DNA of 64,000 nt from Ylistrum balloti (Eukaryota): assembly GCF_031769215.1 (NCBI RefSeq), contig NW_026782426.1:682001-746000 (forward strand), in the 5' to 3' direction. The notes beneath the pieces are model-generated. The model did no database searches. It was given only the letters and a program-made list of their open reading frames with translations, and had not been told where the DNA came from. Of the stretch, positions 50,485 through 62,577 are shown one piece after another. Both the position numbers and the translations under genes were made by a program. How positions within the stretch are numbered: the stretch's first letter is position 1; every line of letters starts with the position of its first letter.

Positions 50485-52010
50485 GTATTTCAAACAGGGA
50501 GGATTTGTAAGAGTGAATTCAGCCATACTCTATGGCTCAATGTCAGTCTATCATACCATTAATAACACCACCGTTAACCATCTTTTTCACACTGTAAACC
50601 TATCAGTGTTAACAATACCAATCACAACATCCCATCAGAGCACTTTTCAAAGAGATTTCCATAAAATTTTATTAGATAGAGAACACAAAACATAATATAA
50701 CAATGTCCTCACAATATTTCCGGTAAATGTGAACTTTTGACCCAATTTTACAACGTGATCACTTAACTTGATCAGAAAATACAAGTCATTTCCTGTTCAA
50801 ACATTGGCAGAGTATGGACACCCCTCTGTTACACTTAGTCACTCACCACGACCGATCACAGTTCAATGATCAGAGATGCTGTTTCTGTGTAAACAGAAGA
50901 CAGGCGATTCGTAAGATAAACTCACCATTATATAATAGGAAGTCACAGTTTTATTTACAAATAAAAAAATAAACCATCCTGATAAAATTGATATTGATTT
51001 AGAACAAACTTTAATCATCTAACAGAGAATTCTTATAAACCTGCTATCCTGTTTCTTGTTTCCACATCAAAAGTTATATTGATGTGTTTGACACTCGAGC
51101 ACTGCGCTAACAGAACTATAAACTCACATACACTGAGAAGCATTTGAAATACAGGACCTCAATGTCAATATATATTTTATCCAATCGGATGTGATAATTG
51201 TATTTGCTGCCATGTGTGTGTGCTTTGTATTATTGACTAAGTGATTCGCGGCAGTGAAAGAAATTGCCGGTGCAGGATAGCGATACCAACTGATCGCTTC
51301 CACGATACAAACTCCACTAATTACATTGATATATTTTGTAAATAATTTTAACCCCCTCTGGATGTCCTAATTATATTTGCTGCGGAACACAATATTTACT
51401 GCTGGGCTTTGATAAAAGGTTGTGGACCAAGAAGAACGAATTTCTAATGATATAAATGTCACTTAGTATCACAGACCTATCAAAAATTTATACTATTGCT
51501 TTCTTTCGTAAAAGAATCTGATGAAAAAATATCGATATTTAAGAGGTCGTCTGAAATTTAGCAACTAGAACAGAATTCTGACAAGAAATACCTGATAACT
51601 ACAGCAAACCGTTAAGTTTAGAATCTTCTCAGTACTTAAATTATTTTCATCTTTGATTTTAGATGTTAACAAATAAAGTTTAACTTGATAACTAAAGTAG
51701 TGAATTCAAATTTTCAAAGTCTTTGTAGATATAACATTATCATTTCATTGGAATTATGAATATTCTTAATCTACATATCCTATGTCCATGAATCAGTAAG
51801 GCTTTAAAAACAGTCATGAATTTTAAGTATGAGTGGATTTGGTAAGTGCCCACAAAATAATGATTTTTTAAAATAAATAATGAAATTATTTGATACCATA
51901 CATTCCATTGTAAAGAGACTATTAGTTATCATCTCATAATTGCCATCTCAAGCACAGGATATTTGAATTTCAATCAAAAATCAAAATAAGTTGTATAATA
52001 TTATAAGTAA

Positions 52011-52236
52011 CCCCATGGTTCTGAAATCTAACAGTCCAGGGTCCTGAAATCAAACACCCCACCGTTCTGAAATCTAACATCCGAGGGTTCTGAAATCTAA
52101 CACCCCAGGGTTATGAAATCTAATACCCCAGGGTTCTGAAATCTGACACCCAAGGGTTCTGAAATCTGACAATCCAAGGGTTCTGAAATCTAACAATCCA
52201 AGGTTCTGAAGTCTAACACTCCAGGGTCCTGAAACT
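52011..52236. repeat. 23-bp minisatellite, ~10 copies
   Basis: Unit GGGTTCTGAAATCTAACACCCCA. Confidence 0.93.
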
Positions 52237-55169
52237 GAGGTTTGTGCTCTCCTTTTTTTATATATATACTCAACTGCAGATAAGTCTTTTGCTGATTGAT
52301 ATTTCAATATATCACACATTAAAGTTTTGAATTGTAAGTCTCCAAGCTAACAAATCATGATACACAAATGCTATAGGCCCAGGAGACACATGTTATGTAT
52401 AACTGTACAATGTCCAGTTAATAACATTGATATGTTATATTAGACCACCGGTCAGCTGAAACTAATAATCCAATGCTTCCATGACGACAACAGGGTCATC
52501 TACTGCCAATAGCAAGAATACAGAAGGTCAAGGTCATACAGACTGACCATGCATGGTCACCAATCATTTTCAGTTCGGTCTGTTTGTGTGCTGAATTTTC
52601 GGAGGTGAGGGTTTCCTTTTTTAGCAGAATTTGATATAACAGTGGCTAATATTGTCGTACCGTTGGTTACCATGACAGCATTGGTAGTATGTGAATCTAA
52701 AGTTTCAACTAAGATAAAAAAAAAAAGGCTTTGTTGTCGGCGAAAATAAAATAATTTGTAATCTTCAATCAAACAAAGTCAAACCACAAAAAAAGGGAAA
52801 CAAGAAACGGTGACCACAAGTTTTAATTAATTAGAGGCTTTCATTAATTACTCATCTCGTGTACTATCTGTCTGAGAATCTCTGAAATGACAATTTCTTT
52901 AAAACCAGATATCACGCTGATACAATGGCAGAAAATTAAGATATGCATCACAAAAGCATAAACAACATCTGTTAATTTGTGAATATTTTATGTCACCATG
53001 CTACTACTTAATACATGTTGAATATCATTGGTAGTATTCAGGGTTATTTTGTCGGTGAAAGCTGGTACATCATTGAACGAAACGATAGATCTATTGATAA
53101 TTATGACATCATAGGTCTAAGATATCATGACTAACGACTAGTTTGATATTCTCTTTATCATTGAATGCAACAAAATCTGTCTTCCTTAATTTACAGGACA
53201 TGCAGTAATTAACCAGTAATTACAATGTTAAGAATGACCAGAGAAGAAAATAGCCATGATATCTAGGTATTATATCTGAGTGTTGCAATGTTTTCTGATG
53301 TAGCCAGCCTCAAACGACATCAAACATTTCAGAAATTTGTGTGGGATTCTACATCCATTCCAGCATTTGTTTGACACCAAGAACATAACCATCTTTATAT
53401 TGTGTCATGTTTTATATAACTCTCTTCATCGCTTCCCTCCCAGAACTGTTCTCTAAGCAGGCCCCAAGCATTTTAAATCCAAACGGAGATCTGTTGCCGT
53501 TATAATGACAGTAGTAGTTGTCCATAATAAATTGATAAGTCTTTGTTTCATTACTGAAACATTGAGGCAACCGTGAACAACATTACATCCATACTGAAGC
53601 TGAAAGTCTATCATACTGTTAACAGGAACTTGTCAGAATCCTTTGTGGTTCCATTTTTGGGGGATGTTGTTCTGACATCAGAACGAACATCCATAGTCCA
53701 GTGTAAGAGAGCAAACATCATCATCAGTGATTCGGGCTTATCAGTATAATAATGAAATATCATATTTGAAACTGAGTCCCTGCACGGCTTCTATGTGTTA
53801 ATCACCTGCAATTGTTAGAAACCAACTCTGCTCTCCGTTGATTTTGTCTTTCGAATTCCTGTTTCGGTGATTAAATTATTTCTCTGCTCTTCAGCTTTAT
53901 TTCAAACATTTTTCTCTCGAATTTAAATGTGAACGCGTAATACTGTTTTATAAATATCTTGTCACATTCCTGACTAGATAACGACATGTTGGATGTAGCT
54001 GTTAGTCCGTGATATAGATTACAGGCATCCCTAAACGCTACATAATAAAGAAGATCTAGAAACCATTATGTGGCGTATCTTTCATTAAAAATTTATTTAA
54101 TTCTTGATCAATGTTATATATCTCTAAGTGAAAACTGCAGCATACTACAAGCCTATGTTGCCATTAGTCAGAAATTTAGTGAAGCCCTCGGGACAGTCTG
54201 TGATGTCATTATGTAATAATGAACACCACGAAACCATATTTATTCCTGTGAACTTTAACTCTCAGGCGCTACAATGTTTAGCATAGTAAAGGCCCTCAGA
54301 AATTATGTAATGCCCAATCAAGATATCGTTGTTTTCAAATTGTCATAACTTGATAATCAAGTTGATAATACTTGATAATACACAAGTATTTGTGTCCTGT
54401 GGAGGAAAGTTATGATCAGAAAATTGTTGGTTGTCTTTTCCTGAATTTTTTTTATTCATATTCACAATACAAGAATGCATCTTCAAATGTGACAAATAGT
54501 GATATTGTTGAGAATTAGTTACAATTTTACGATCGATCCTCAGATCATCTGAACCAGTAGATGATTATCACAGATTATGAAAAGGACATACCTCTCCATT
54601 TTTCACAATGATAAATTGGTAACATCACACAGAAATATCGAAGAAATCAAACCTTACAGTGTTATGTACTTCATGGTTTCTTGCCCGGAAAATCTTAAAA
54701 AAAGCTGGACTCATTTTGATTACATTTGTCTCCTATATATTGGAAAATAATATGTATTAAGCGTTTGAGCGGCAATGGTGATTAATCTCGTTCAACCAGA
54801 CGTTTGATCGTTTTGTAATGTTTGTTGACAGGATCGAGATTTGATATTTTTTTCTGTAAAGACCGCGAAATGTGAATGTCTCTTAATATTTTCTTGATGA
54901 TCCATCATGAAAGATTATAATTGATTAATTAGCTGTTTGGTAAAAATCTACCAATACTCAATAAAGTTGATTAATTGGAATACCACTAGTAAGTAATAAT
55001 GGAATTTTCAATTAACGTGATTAAAACAAAGGATAGTGGTAGAAATAAAACATAAATATCAGGTTTTGAAACTACAAATCATAACAGAAATATCCATTTT
55101 AATTTCTGATGTAACACATCGTGTGTGAGGATTATCTGGTAAAACTTAAGATAAGTGATAAAAGTTTCA

Positions 55170-55233
55170 GGTGTCATGTATAAAACGAGCCCCCTATAAA
55201 AGTAACCTGGGGGTAGTTTTTATACATGACACC
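55170..55233. repeat. 64-bp inverted repeat (hairpin)
   Basis: GGTGTCATGTATAAAA ... TTTTATACATGACACC perfect 16-bp arms, with inner CCCCC/GGGGG. Confidence 0.9.
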
Positions 55234-55295
55234 AGTACTAGTGACCCTGGATCAGCAATGAGGTTCCAGGTAACATCTGCCACTTACATATAGAA

Positions 55296-55823
55296 TAATA
55301 CTGGTCATCTTGCTTTAATTTACTGACCGTTAGAGGACAAAGGCTACAGGATGGAATAGGGTTGGTGACATTTGGCCCCATACTTAAAAACTGCGAATGA
55401 AAATTATCTCAATACAGAGCGATTTTTTCAAAAAGAGAACAAATGCTTGTATTCATCAGGAATGAAAAGTGATATCTTGAATGGTACCTGTAAGTTATAC
55501 ACAATGCGACATGCTCTCGGCCATTACGACATTAGCGTACGTGAAATGAAATCGGCAGCTTCAATTTGCATTTTTTACCCGCGGACATTACATGGAAGGT
55601 GGGTTTTTTCCCCAGATTTTTGTGTCAAAAAAGGGGTGCGGACATTACACAGATGCGGACATTACGTGGGTTTTTACGGTAATACTGGTCATCTAGCTTT
55701 CATTTACTGACCGTTAGAGGACAAAGGCTACAGGATGGAATAGGGTTGGTGACATTTGGCCCCATATTCAAAAACTACGAATGAAAATTATCTCTATACA
55801 GAGCGATTTCTTCAAAAGGAGAA
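55296..55823. repeat. 144-bp direct repeats (55296-55439 and 55680-55823) flanking a 240-bp insert
   Basis: TAATACTGGTCATC..GGACAAAGGCTACAGGATGGAATAGGGTTGGTGACATTTGGCCCCATA..GAGAA present twice, about 9 mismatches. Confidence 0.95.
55560..55681. mobile_element. One terminus of a Tigger/pogo-like MITE (TACCGTA-type end)
   Basis: CCCCAGATTTTTGTGTCAAAAAAGGGGTGCGGACATTACACAGATGCGGACATTACGTGGGTTTTTACGG|TA; duplicated subterminal GCGGACATTAC. Confidence 0.6.
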
Positions 55824-56310
55824 ACTGTAATCTACAGTGGACATAGAAACTAGAGATTTCTCTAAGATAAAATAATACCTTATTGGTTCAAATCTTTTTT
55901 ATCAGATTACTAAGTGAATGGAAGAATCCACAATACACTGTTATTGATAAGATTAACATACAATGTCTACACTTAGTTCATTGTAATAAGTACAATGCTT
56001 TTAATGTCAAATTAAATGTGTCTGTTAATACTACAATTACTATAATGACCATACATCTGACCAGAGTACTGAGATCAGTGACCCCCTGATTGGACTGTGT
56101 CTGTCTGTACCTGTTACAGAGACAATTAACACAAACGTTCAGATCAATACTGTCAGGAAAAAAAACTACAAGAATCTTTGATTAGAAAATCTAAATAGAT
56201 AATTAATTATCTGTCAGTTAGCGTTTAGAGCTGGCATGATACTCCTGATGGACCAGGCTTACAATAGTAAAGGTTACTGATGTGGTCGTCTTGATCCTTC
56301 CTCAATTAAG

Positions 56311-56820
56311 TGTACACTGTACAACTGGGTAGACAACCATCACAATGTACACTGTACAGTTGGGTACAACCACCATACCATACACTGTACAGCTGGGTAC
56401 AACCACCATACTGTACACTCTAAAGCTGGGTACAACCACCATACTGTACACTCTACAGCTGGGTAGACAACCACCATACTGTACACTTTACAACTGGGTA
56501 GACAACCACCATACTGTACACTTTACAACTGGTTACACAACCACCATACTGTACACTGTACAACTGGGTAGACACCCACCATACTGTACACTGTACAACT
56601 GGGTAGACACCCACCATACTGTACACTTTACAACTGGGTAGACACCCACCATACTGTACACTTTACAACTGGGTAGTCAACCTCCATACTGTACACTTTA
56701 CAACTGGTTACACAACCACCATACTGTACACTGTACAACTGGGTAGAAACCCACCATACTGTACACTTTACAACTGGGTAGACACCCACCATACTGTACA
56801 CTGTACAACTAGGTAGACAA
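56311..56820. repeat. 35/33-bp minisatellite, ~14 copies
   Basis: Unit CTGTACACT(T/G)TACAACTGGGTAGACA(A/C)CCACCATA. Confidence 0.96.
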
Positions 56821-56876
56821 TGAAACTGCTATAATGCCAACATTGTTGTCATGACTACAGTTGTCATAGATATATA

Positions 56877-57698
56877 CAGTTGAACATCGTTGTCTTGAAA
56901 TCGTTTGAGTCAAAATAATTTTCAAGTTCCGATTTTTTGTGTTCTTTATCTTTGTAATTTTAGTTCAGATGACTCAAATTTTAATAAGTCAAAATTTTGA
57001 TGGAGTCAAAGCAATTTTTCAGTCCCTTCAATTGTACAGCAAGGGAAAGGTCACTCGTCTCAAAATGAATTTTTCCCAAAACATTGGCACGTCTTCTGCC
57101 AAAATCAGTCAATACATACACAGAGCAGAAAGTCACCTGTGCGTAACACATGGCTAATTATGGCGTATCAGTGGTCCATTGCACACACAACACTTGGTGT
57201 CTGGTAATTAATTACATGTCTAATTATCCAATTAAAGTTTGGCCTCTTAATTAGTGTCACCATCCTGTAGATGTGACTTACCTGTATGTTAGCATATCAA
57301 AAGCAAATTCTAATTTCATTTTATTGTCATTCCATAGAATATATGATGTATATGTGTTTGGTAAGTAGGGCTATTGTACATGTGTCCGGAATGTAATGAC
57401 CTGGATACAATTGCATTTGATTGAAGTTGTTATTACGTGATTTGTTGTTTGGATGAATAAACAATAAAAAGAGAAAGTAGAAATAAATTAATTTGTTTAT
57501 TTACTGCCATTTCAAATAACAGATTAAACCATGCTGCTTGCCTGCTATCGTAGCCCTACTTCATACTACCGTAATCAATTTCAGGAAACTGATATTGTCA
57601 ACCTTATTCATACACTTCGTTGGAGTCGAAATTCAGATAAGTCGAAATATTTTCCACGGTCCCTAGAATTTTGAGATAACGAGTTTCAGTTTCGACTG
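56877..57698. mobile_element. CAGTCGAAC-type MITE ends bounding ~820 bp
   Basis: TA|CAGTTGAACATCGTTGTCTTGA at left; GAGATAACGAGTTTCAGTTTCGACTG|TA at right; MITE-like internal motifs at 56900-57035 and 57620-57670. Confidence 0.6.
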
Positions 57699-57700
57699 TA

Positions 57701-58100
57701 GTTGTTACGCCTACAATGATCATGGATACATTGTTGTCATGCCTACAGTAACCAAATATCTATTAATTATCATGATACATTGTAATCATGTCATCAGTTG
57801 TCAAGAATATTTTGTGTTACGCTTACATTGTTGCCATGCCTACAATGTCAATTATGCCTATTGCCTTGTTGTCTGTTGTCTTGCCTTATACACAGAATGT
57901 AGTTGTCAGGTACAATGTTGTCGCTTCCACATCATATCAGTCCTATATTACTGTCATACCAACAGTTGTCATGGCTACATTGTTGTCATGCCTACAGTTG
58001 CCATGACTACATTGTTGTCATGCCTACAGTTGCCATGACTACATTGTTGTCATGATTGCAGTTACCATGGTTATATTGCTGTCATATCAACAGTTATTAC
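57701..58100. repeat. Degenerate ~32-bp (17+15) repeat
   Basis: TACATTGTTGTCATGCCTACAGTTGCCATGAC, clearest at 57965-58070; the same motif occurs at 56835-56870. Confidence 0.8.
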
Positions 58101-58684
58101 GTGTACATGTAGCTAGTTATAAGACTGTTTGGAAACTATTGAATGATACAAACATATCTATATTTTGATTTCCACTTAACCAAATAAAAGTATGAGGATT
58201 TCAATTTGTCTATTACTAAATCCACATTTCCAAATAGTAACAACACACTTACCTAAATGTTTTAATATTCAAGGACTTGTTTCTGATATCTAACTTTCTT
58301 TGATGTATATCAACAGCTGATCTGTAAACTTACAAAATAGGATTTCAAGTGTTCCAGATTGTAGAGATTATAGGAAAGTTTGATATCATTACAATGAAGT
58401 TATCCAGTTTTCTTGGGCGATATGAGGTAAAAGTGTTTGATGCTCAGAAATCTGTCTTTGGATAAGTTGTCATTATAACCAGTTCTTGATGTTGAGAACA
58501 TATTATCACTTAGAATTACCAAAATTTATATAAGTGGTGTTGTAAATGAAGAAGAAAATGCTTACCCTTCCAAAACACCTGGTCTCATCCTTGTAGTGTT
58601 TCTACAAGGGTATCTGTGTAAAACCTCAGTTCATATCTCTTCTGCATTCAATCAAATTTGAGTTTGTGTTACAATTCTGTTTTC

Positions 58685-58931
58685 GGGTGGGGTGGTCGGG
58701 TGGCGCAGTGTTAACGCACTCGCCTTTCACCTAGCCGACCGGGGTTCGATTCCCGGAACGGACGTGAAAAGGTAAGGGGTCACCTGTCCGACCGCGTGGG
58801 TTTTCCCCGGGTGTTTCCTCCCACAATAAGGCCCCTCGCGCGCTTACATCCGGGCCAACAAGAGTGATTAGTATAAGTTTAAATAACTTGTTTCGCAATT
58901 GTTGTAAAACAAATAAAGTTTATATTTATAT
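58685..58931 (+). mobile_element. tRNA-derived SINE with V-domain-like core and 12-bp TSD
   Basis: A box TGGCGCAGTG (58701), B box GGTTCGATTCC (58743), core CGCGTGGGTTTTCCCCGGGTGTTTCCTCCCACA, AT-rich tail, and perfect TSD AATTCTGTTTTC at 58673-58684 and 58932-58943. Confidence 0.9.
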
Positions 58932-59738
58932 AATTCTGTTTTCTTGTTGAAAATCTCTGATTGTTTTAACAGAGATGATCCCATTTAAGCACTCTTTGAG
59001 TTACATTCCCAAATTCTGATCTTGCAAACCAAAAGCTGTGCTCACACCTTACCGTATCACCAAGCCGTGACCGGCTCGCACAATCAACTAATTGACAAAG
59101 CACAAAACCACTTTCAAATTGTGCTGTTTTTATCAGTTTCTGAGCACTTAAGATTATAGCTTGTCCCACTAACAGATTTATAAATAACCCAAAAATCATG
59201 ATGTATTTGTGGATCAGGTCAGGACATCAACATGAGGCCATATAAAAACAAAGTGTTTTATCTCATTAGGCTAAAATTCTTTTGACTTCCCAAAGCAATT
59301 ATAGCAGGTATGATGTGGTGAGATTTGGGGGAATCTTCCTGTAACCGTGACAACTTAACGCTAAAAATGGCTTTTAAAAGAGCAAACATGTCTAAACATT
59401 GTTAGATTCCAACGGTGCCAAAAGTTCTGAGCATTCTCTCACCAAGAGACGTTGGAGCAAATAGGTAAAAAACTAGGGCTCCCTACAATTGATCATGATG
59501 AATAGGCCCCTATTGTGGCCATTGATCGGGTCACCACGGCAACAATTCCACTGCTAATCACAGCCAATCAGAGCCAAGATGAATGAGAGGTGATATAATT
59601 TGCATGTATGGCACCTCAAAGTACATGGTAACTTGTACGCATGCAGGCGCCTTATCAAAAAACTACAACATACCTCACCCTCACACACTGATGATGTGAA
59701 ATTGGTCTTTAAATCATCTCCCCACCCAGACCCCTTTG

Positions 59739-60075
59739 GACATTGATGATGGAGACCTGGCCCTGACAACAACATGCCCTTACACACTGATAATGGGGAA
59801 CTGGTCCCTCACACATCCCAGCCCTTACACACTAAAAATGGGGAGCTGGTCCCTAACACATCCCAGCCCTTACACACTGATAATGGGTAGCTGGTCCCTA
59901 ACACATCCCAGCCCTTACACACAGATAATGGGAAGCTGGTCCCTAACACATCCCAGCCCTTACACACTGATAATGGGAAGCTGGTCCCTAACACATCCCA
60001 GCCCTTACACACTGATAATGGGAAGCTGGTCCCTAACACATTCCAGCCCTTACACACTGATAATGGAGACCAGCT
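59739..60075. repeat. 45-bp minisatellite, ~7 copies
   Basis: Unit CTGGTCCCTAACACATCCCAGCCCTTACACACTGATAATGGGAAG. Confidence 0.96.
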
Positions 60076-61200
60076 AGGCCCCTTAAGACTTCATAAAAAC
60101 CCCAGCTCCTCCAACACTGTAATCAATTTCTCAATTTTTGAACAAAATAAAAAAAACTTTAGAATATGCTTTTAATTCTTGTTTTTTTTTTCAATTTCTA
60201 TCCCCTTTTAAGACATTCTAAGTTCATGTCTACTAAAGGGATCTAGATTTAAATGTACAATATATCTACATGTTTCTAAAAAAAATGGTTACTGGTAATT
60301 ACATCAAACAGGTAGCTATCCATGTTTCTGGGTGTACATGTAAAGATGTAGTGTTGACATTTCATTATATACAATACTAAATTAAAGTCACAATATAGAT
60401 CATCAAAGGTTAGTACAACTAAAACAAAAATATTTTTGATATCCTAAATGCTTTAACATGAATCCCGCATGTGTACTCTAACAAACTTGTTAGGATCTAA
60501 CAGAAAACACTGTTGTGTTAAACAATTTCCACCTACTGAACCACTAAACACATTTCTGATCTCGAACACAATAAAATATTTCAATGATAACAAATAAAGT
60601 ATACACAATATGATAAAGAAATTGATAAATCATAAAATATCCAATTAAGATCTAGTTGGAATCCTTTATTGCTATTCATGTGAGCTTTAATTGATTAACA
60701 TGGCAGATGGTGCACCTCTCGGTCCGCACAGAAATGTAATGCTGCACCAATCCGTGACAAGTAAACTCATTAAGCCTTCAGAATTACAAACGATTAAACG
60801 AAAATAATCTACCTAACGTCCAAAGCACTGATTTTTGACGGTGCTCTCATTGCATAATAATCTTAAAACAAAAGCACATCGGCTGACATCATTGTGACAT
60901 TGATCTGGTGTCCGACATTTAAACTGATGTATATATGTCATTTATTCCAACGTAATAGTCCATTTTGACCCGCACTGACAGCTTCTGAAGCTACAATATG
61001 AGAGACAATTACTGGAAACAATCCTACTACGGCACTGAACCTCGCCAGCATTTCAAATATCATTATGATGTATTTTTACTTTTGATCAAATTCTTTCTAC
61101 AAAAATTCCTTGGGACATAGACAAAACCTAGATAAAATAAAGACTTCTAAATTCATTAGTTCTATTAATGGTTTTAAATCTAAGCACTAATGATTTTTTT

Positions 61201-62150
61201 TTCTTTCCCTTTCCCAGTGCCCCTCCTCCTTTTTGTTACCCCTCCTCCTTTCCCATTGCCCCTCCTCCTTTTTGTTACACCTCTTTCCCTTTCCCACTGC
61301 CCCTCCTCTGTTTTGTTACCCTCTTTCCCTTTCCCACTGCCCCTCCTCCTTTTTGTTGCCCCTCTTTCCCTTTCCCACTGCCCCTCCTCCTTTTTGTTAC
61401 CCTCTTCTTTTCCCATTACCCCTCCTCCTTTTTGTTACCCCTCCTCCTTTCCCACTGCCCCTCTTCCTTTTTGTTGCCCTTCTTCCTTTCCCATTACCCC
61501 TCCTCCTTTTTGTTACCCTCTTCCTTTCCCACTGCCCCTCCTCCTTTTTGTTGCCCCTCTTTCCCTTTCCCATTGCCCCTCTTCCTTTCCCACTGCCCCT
61601 CCTCCTTTTTGTTACCCTCTTCCTTTCCCATTGCCCCTCCTCCTTTTTGTTACCCTCTTCTTTTCCCATTACCACTCTTCCTTTTTGTTACCCCTCCTCC
61701 TTTCCCACTGCCCCACCTCCTTTTTGTTGCCCCTCTTTCCCTTTCCCACTGCCCCTCCTCCTTTTTGTTGCCCCTCTTCCTTTCCCATTACCACTCCTCC
61801 TTTTTGTTCCCCTCTTCCTTTCCCACTGCCCCACCTCCTTTTTGTTGCCCCTCTTCCTTTCCCACTGCCCCTCCTCCTTTTTGTTGCCCCTCTTTCCCTT
61901 TCCCATTGCCCCTCTTCCTTTCCCACTGCCCCTCCTCCTTTTTGTTGCCCCTCTTTCCCTTTCCCATTGCCCCTCCTCCTTTTTTGTTGCCCCTCTTCCT
62001 TTTTGTTGCCCCTCTTCCTTTCCCACTGCCCCTCCTCCTTTTTGTTACCCCTCCTCCTTTACCATTGCCCCTCCTCCTTTTTGTTACCCCTCCTCCTTTT
62101 TTTTCCCCTCTTCCTTTCCTATTGCCCCTCTTCCTTTTTTTTGCCACCTG
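61201..62150. repeat. Pyrimidine-rich compound minisatellite built from ~19-bp subunits
   Basis: CCTTTCCCA(C/T)TGCCCCTC(C/T)T alternating with CCTTTTTGTT(A/G)CCCCTC(C/T)T, with 38- and 44-bp periods. Confidence 0.96.
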
Positions 62151-62364
62151 TCACATCCCCTCTCCATTGCCCTATCTAGCCCCTCACAGCTCTTTTCTTC
62201 ATCCTCTCGTTCTGTTTTTACCCCTGTATGGTGACATCAGCTAAATATTGTGATTGCACCCCGTCACACTGGCTGTATAACAGGTGTATGAGTTTAAAAT
62301 TACCATGGTTACTGATACTGGGGTAGGGGTGAGAACAGTCACATCACGAGATCAGTACAAGGTG

Positions 62365-62429
62365 ACAAATTGGTTGCCAGGGTAACAAATTGGTTGCCAG
62401 GGTAACAAATTGGTTGCCAGGGTAACAAA
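62365..62429. repeat. 20-bp perfect tandem repeat, 3 copies
   Basis: ACAAATTGGTTGCCAGGGTA x3. Confidence 0.97.
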
Positions 62430-62459
62430 ATCAGTCTGGGTACTCTCTGTACATTGCAG

Positions 62460-62577
62460 AGTTTTTCCAGGAAGGTACAAAAATAATCTTCTGGAAATGA
62501 ATCAAACATGCAGCTGTGCAATGTACTGTTTGGGTCAACTGGATCAATTGCTGTCCCGACATGGCCGGAAGACAGTG
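62460..62577 (+). CDS. Candidate coding exon (xVFPGRYKNNLLEMNQTCSCAMYCLGQLDQLLSRHGRKTV), product unknown
   Basis: Acceptor CTCTCTGTACATTGCAG, donor GTG|GTGAGT, 118 nt open (phase 2 to 0). Two minus-strand ORFs overlap, so the strand is not settled. Confidence 0.35.

Noticed and set aside
58685-58765. tRNA gene
   Set aside because: A/B boxes are present but the acceptor stem is not convincing, and the head continues into a SINE body bounded by a TSD.
61168-62244. 329-358-aa Pro/Phe/Leu-rich ORFs in all three + frames
   Set aside because: They arise from a pyrimidine-rich minisatellite that cannot encode stops.
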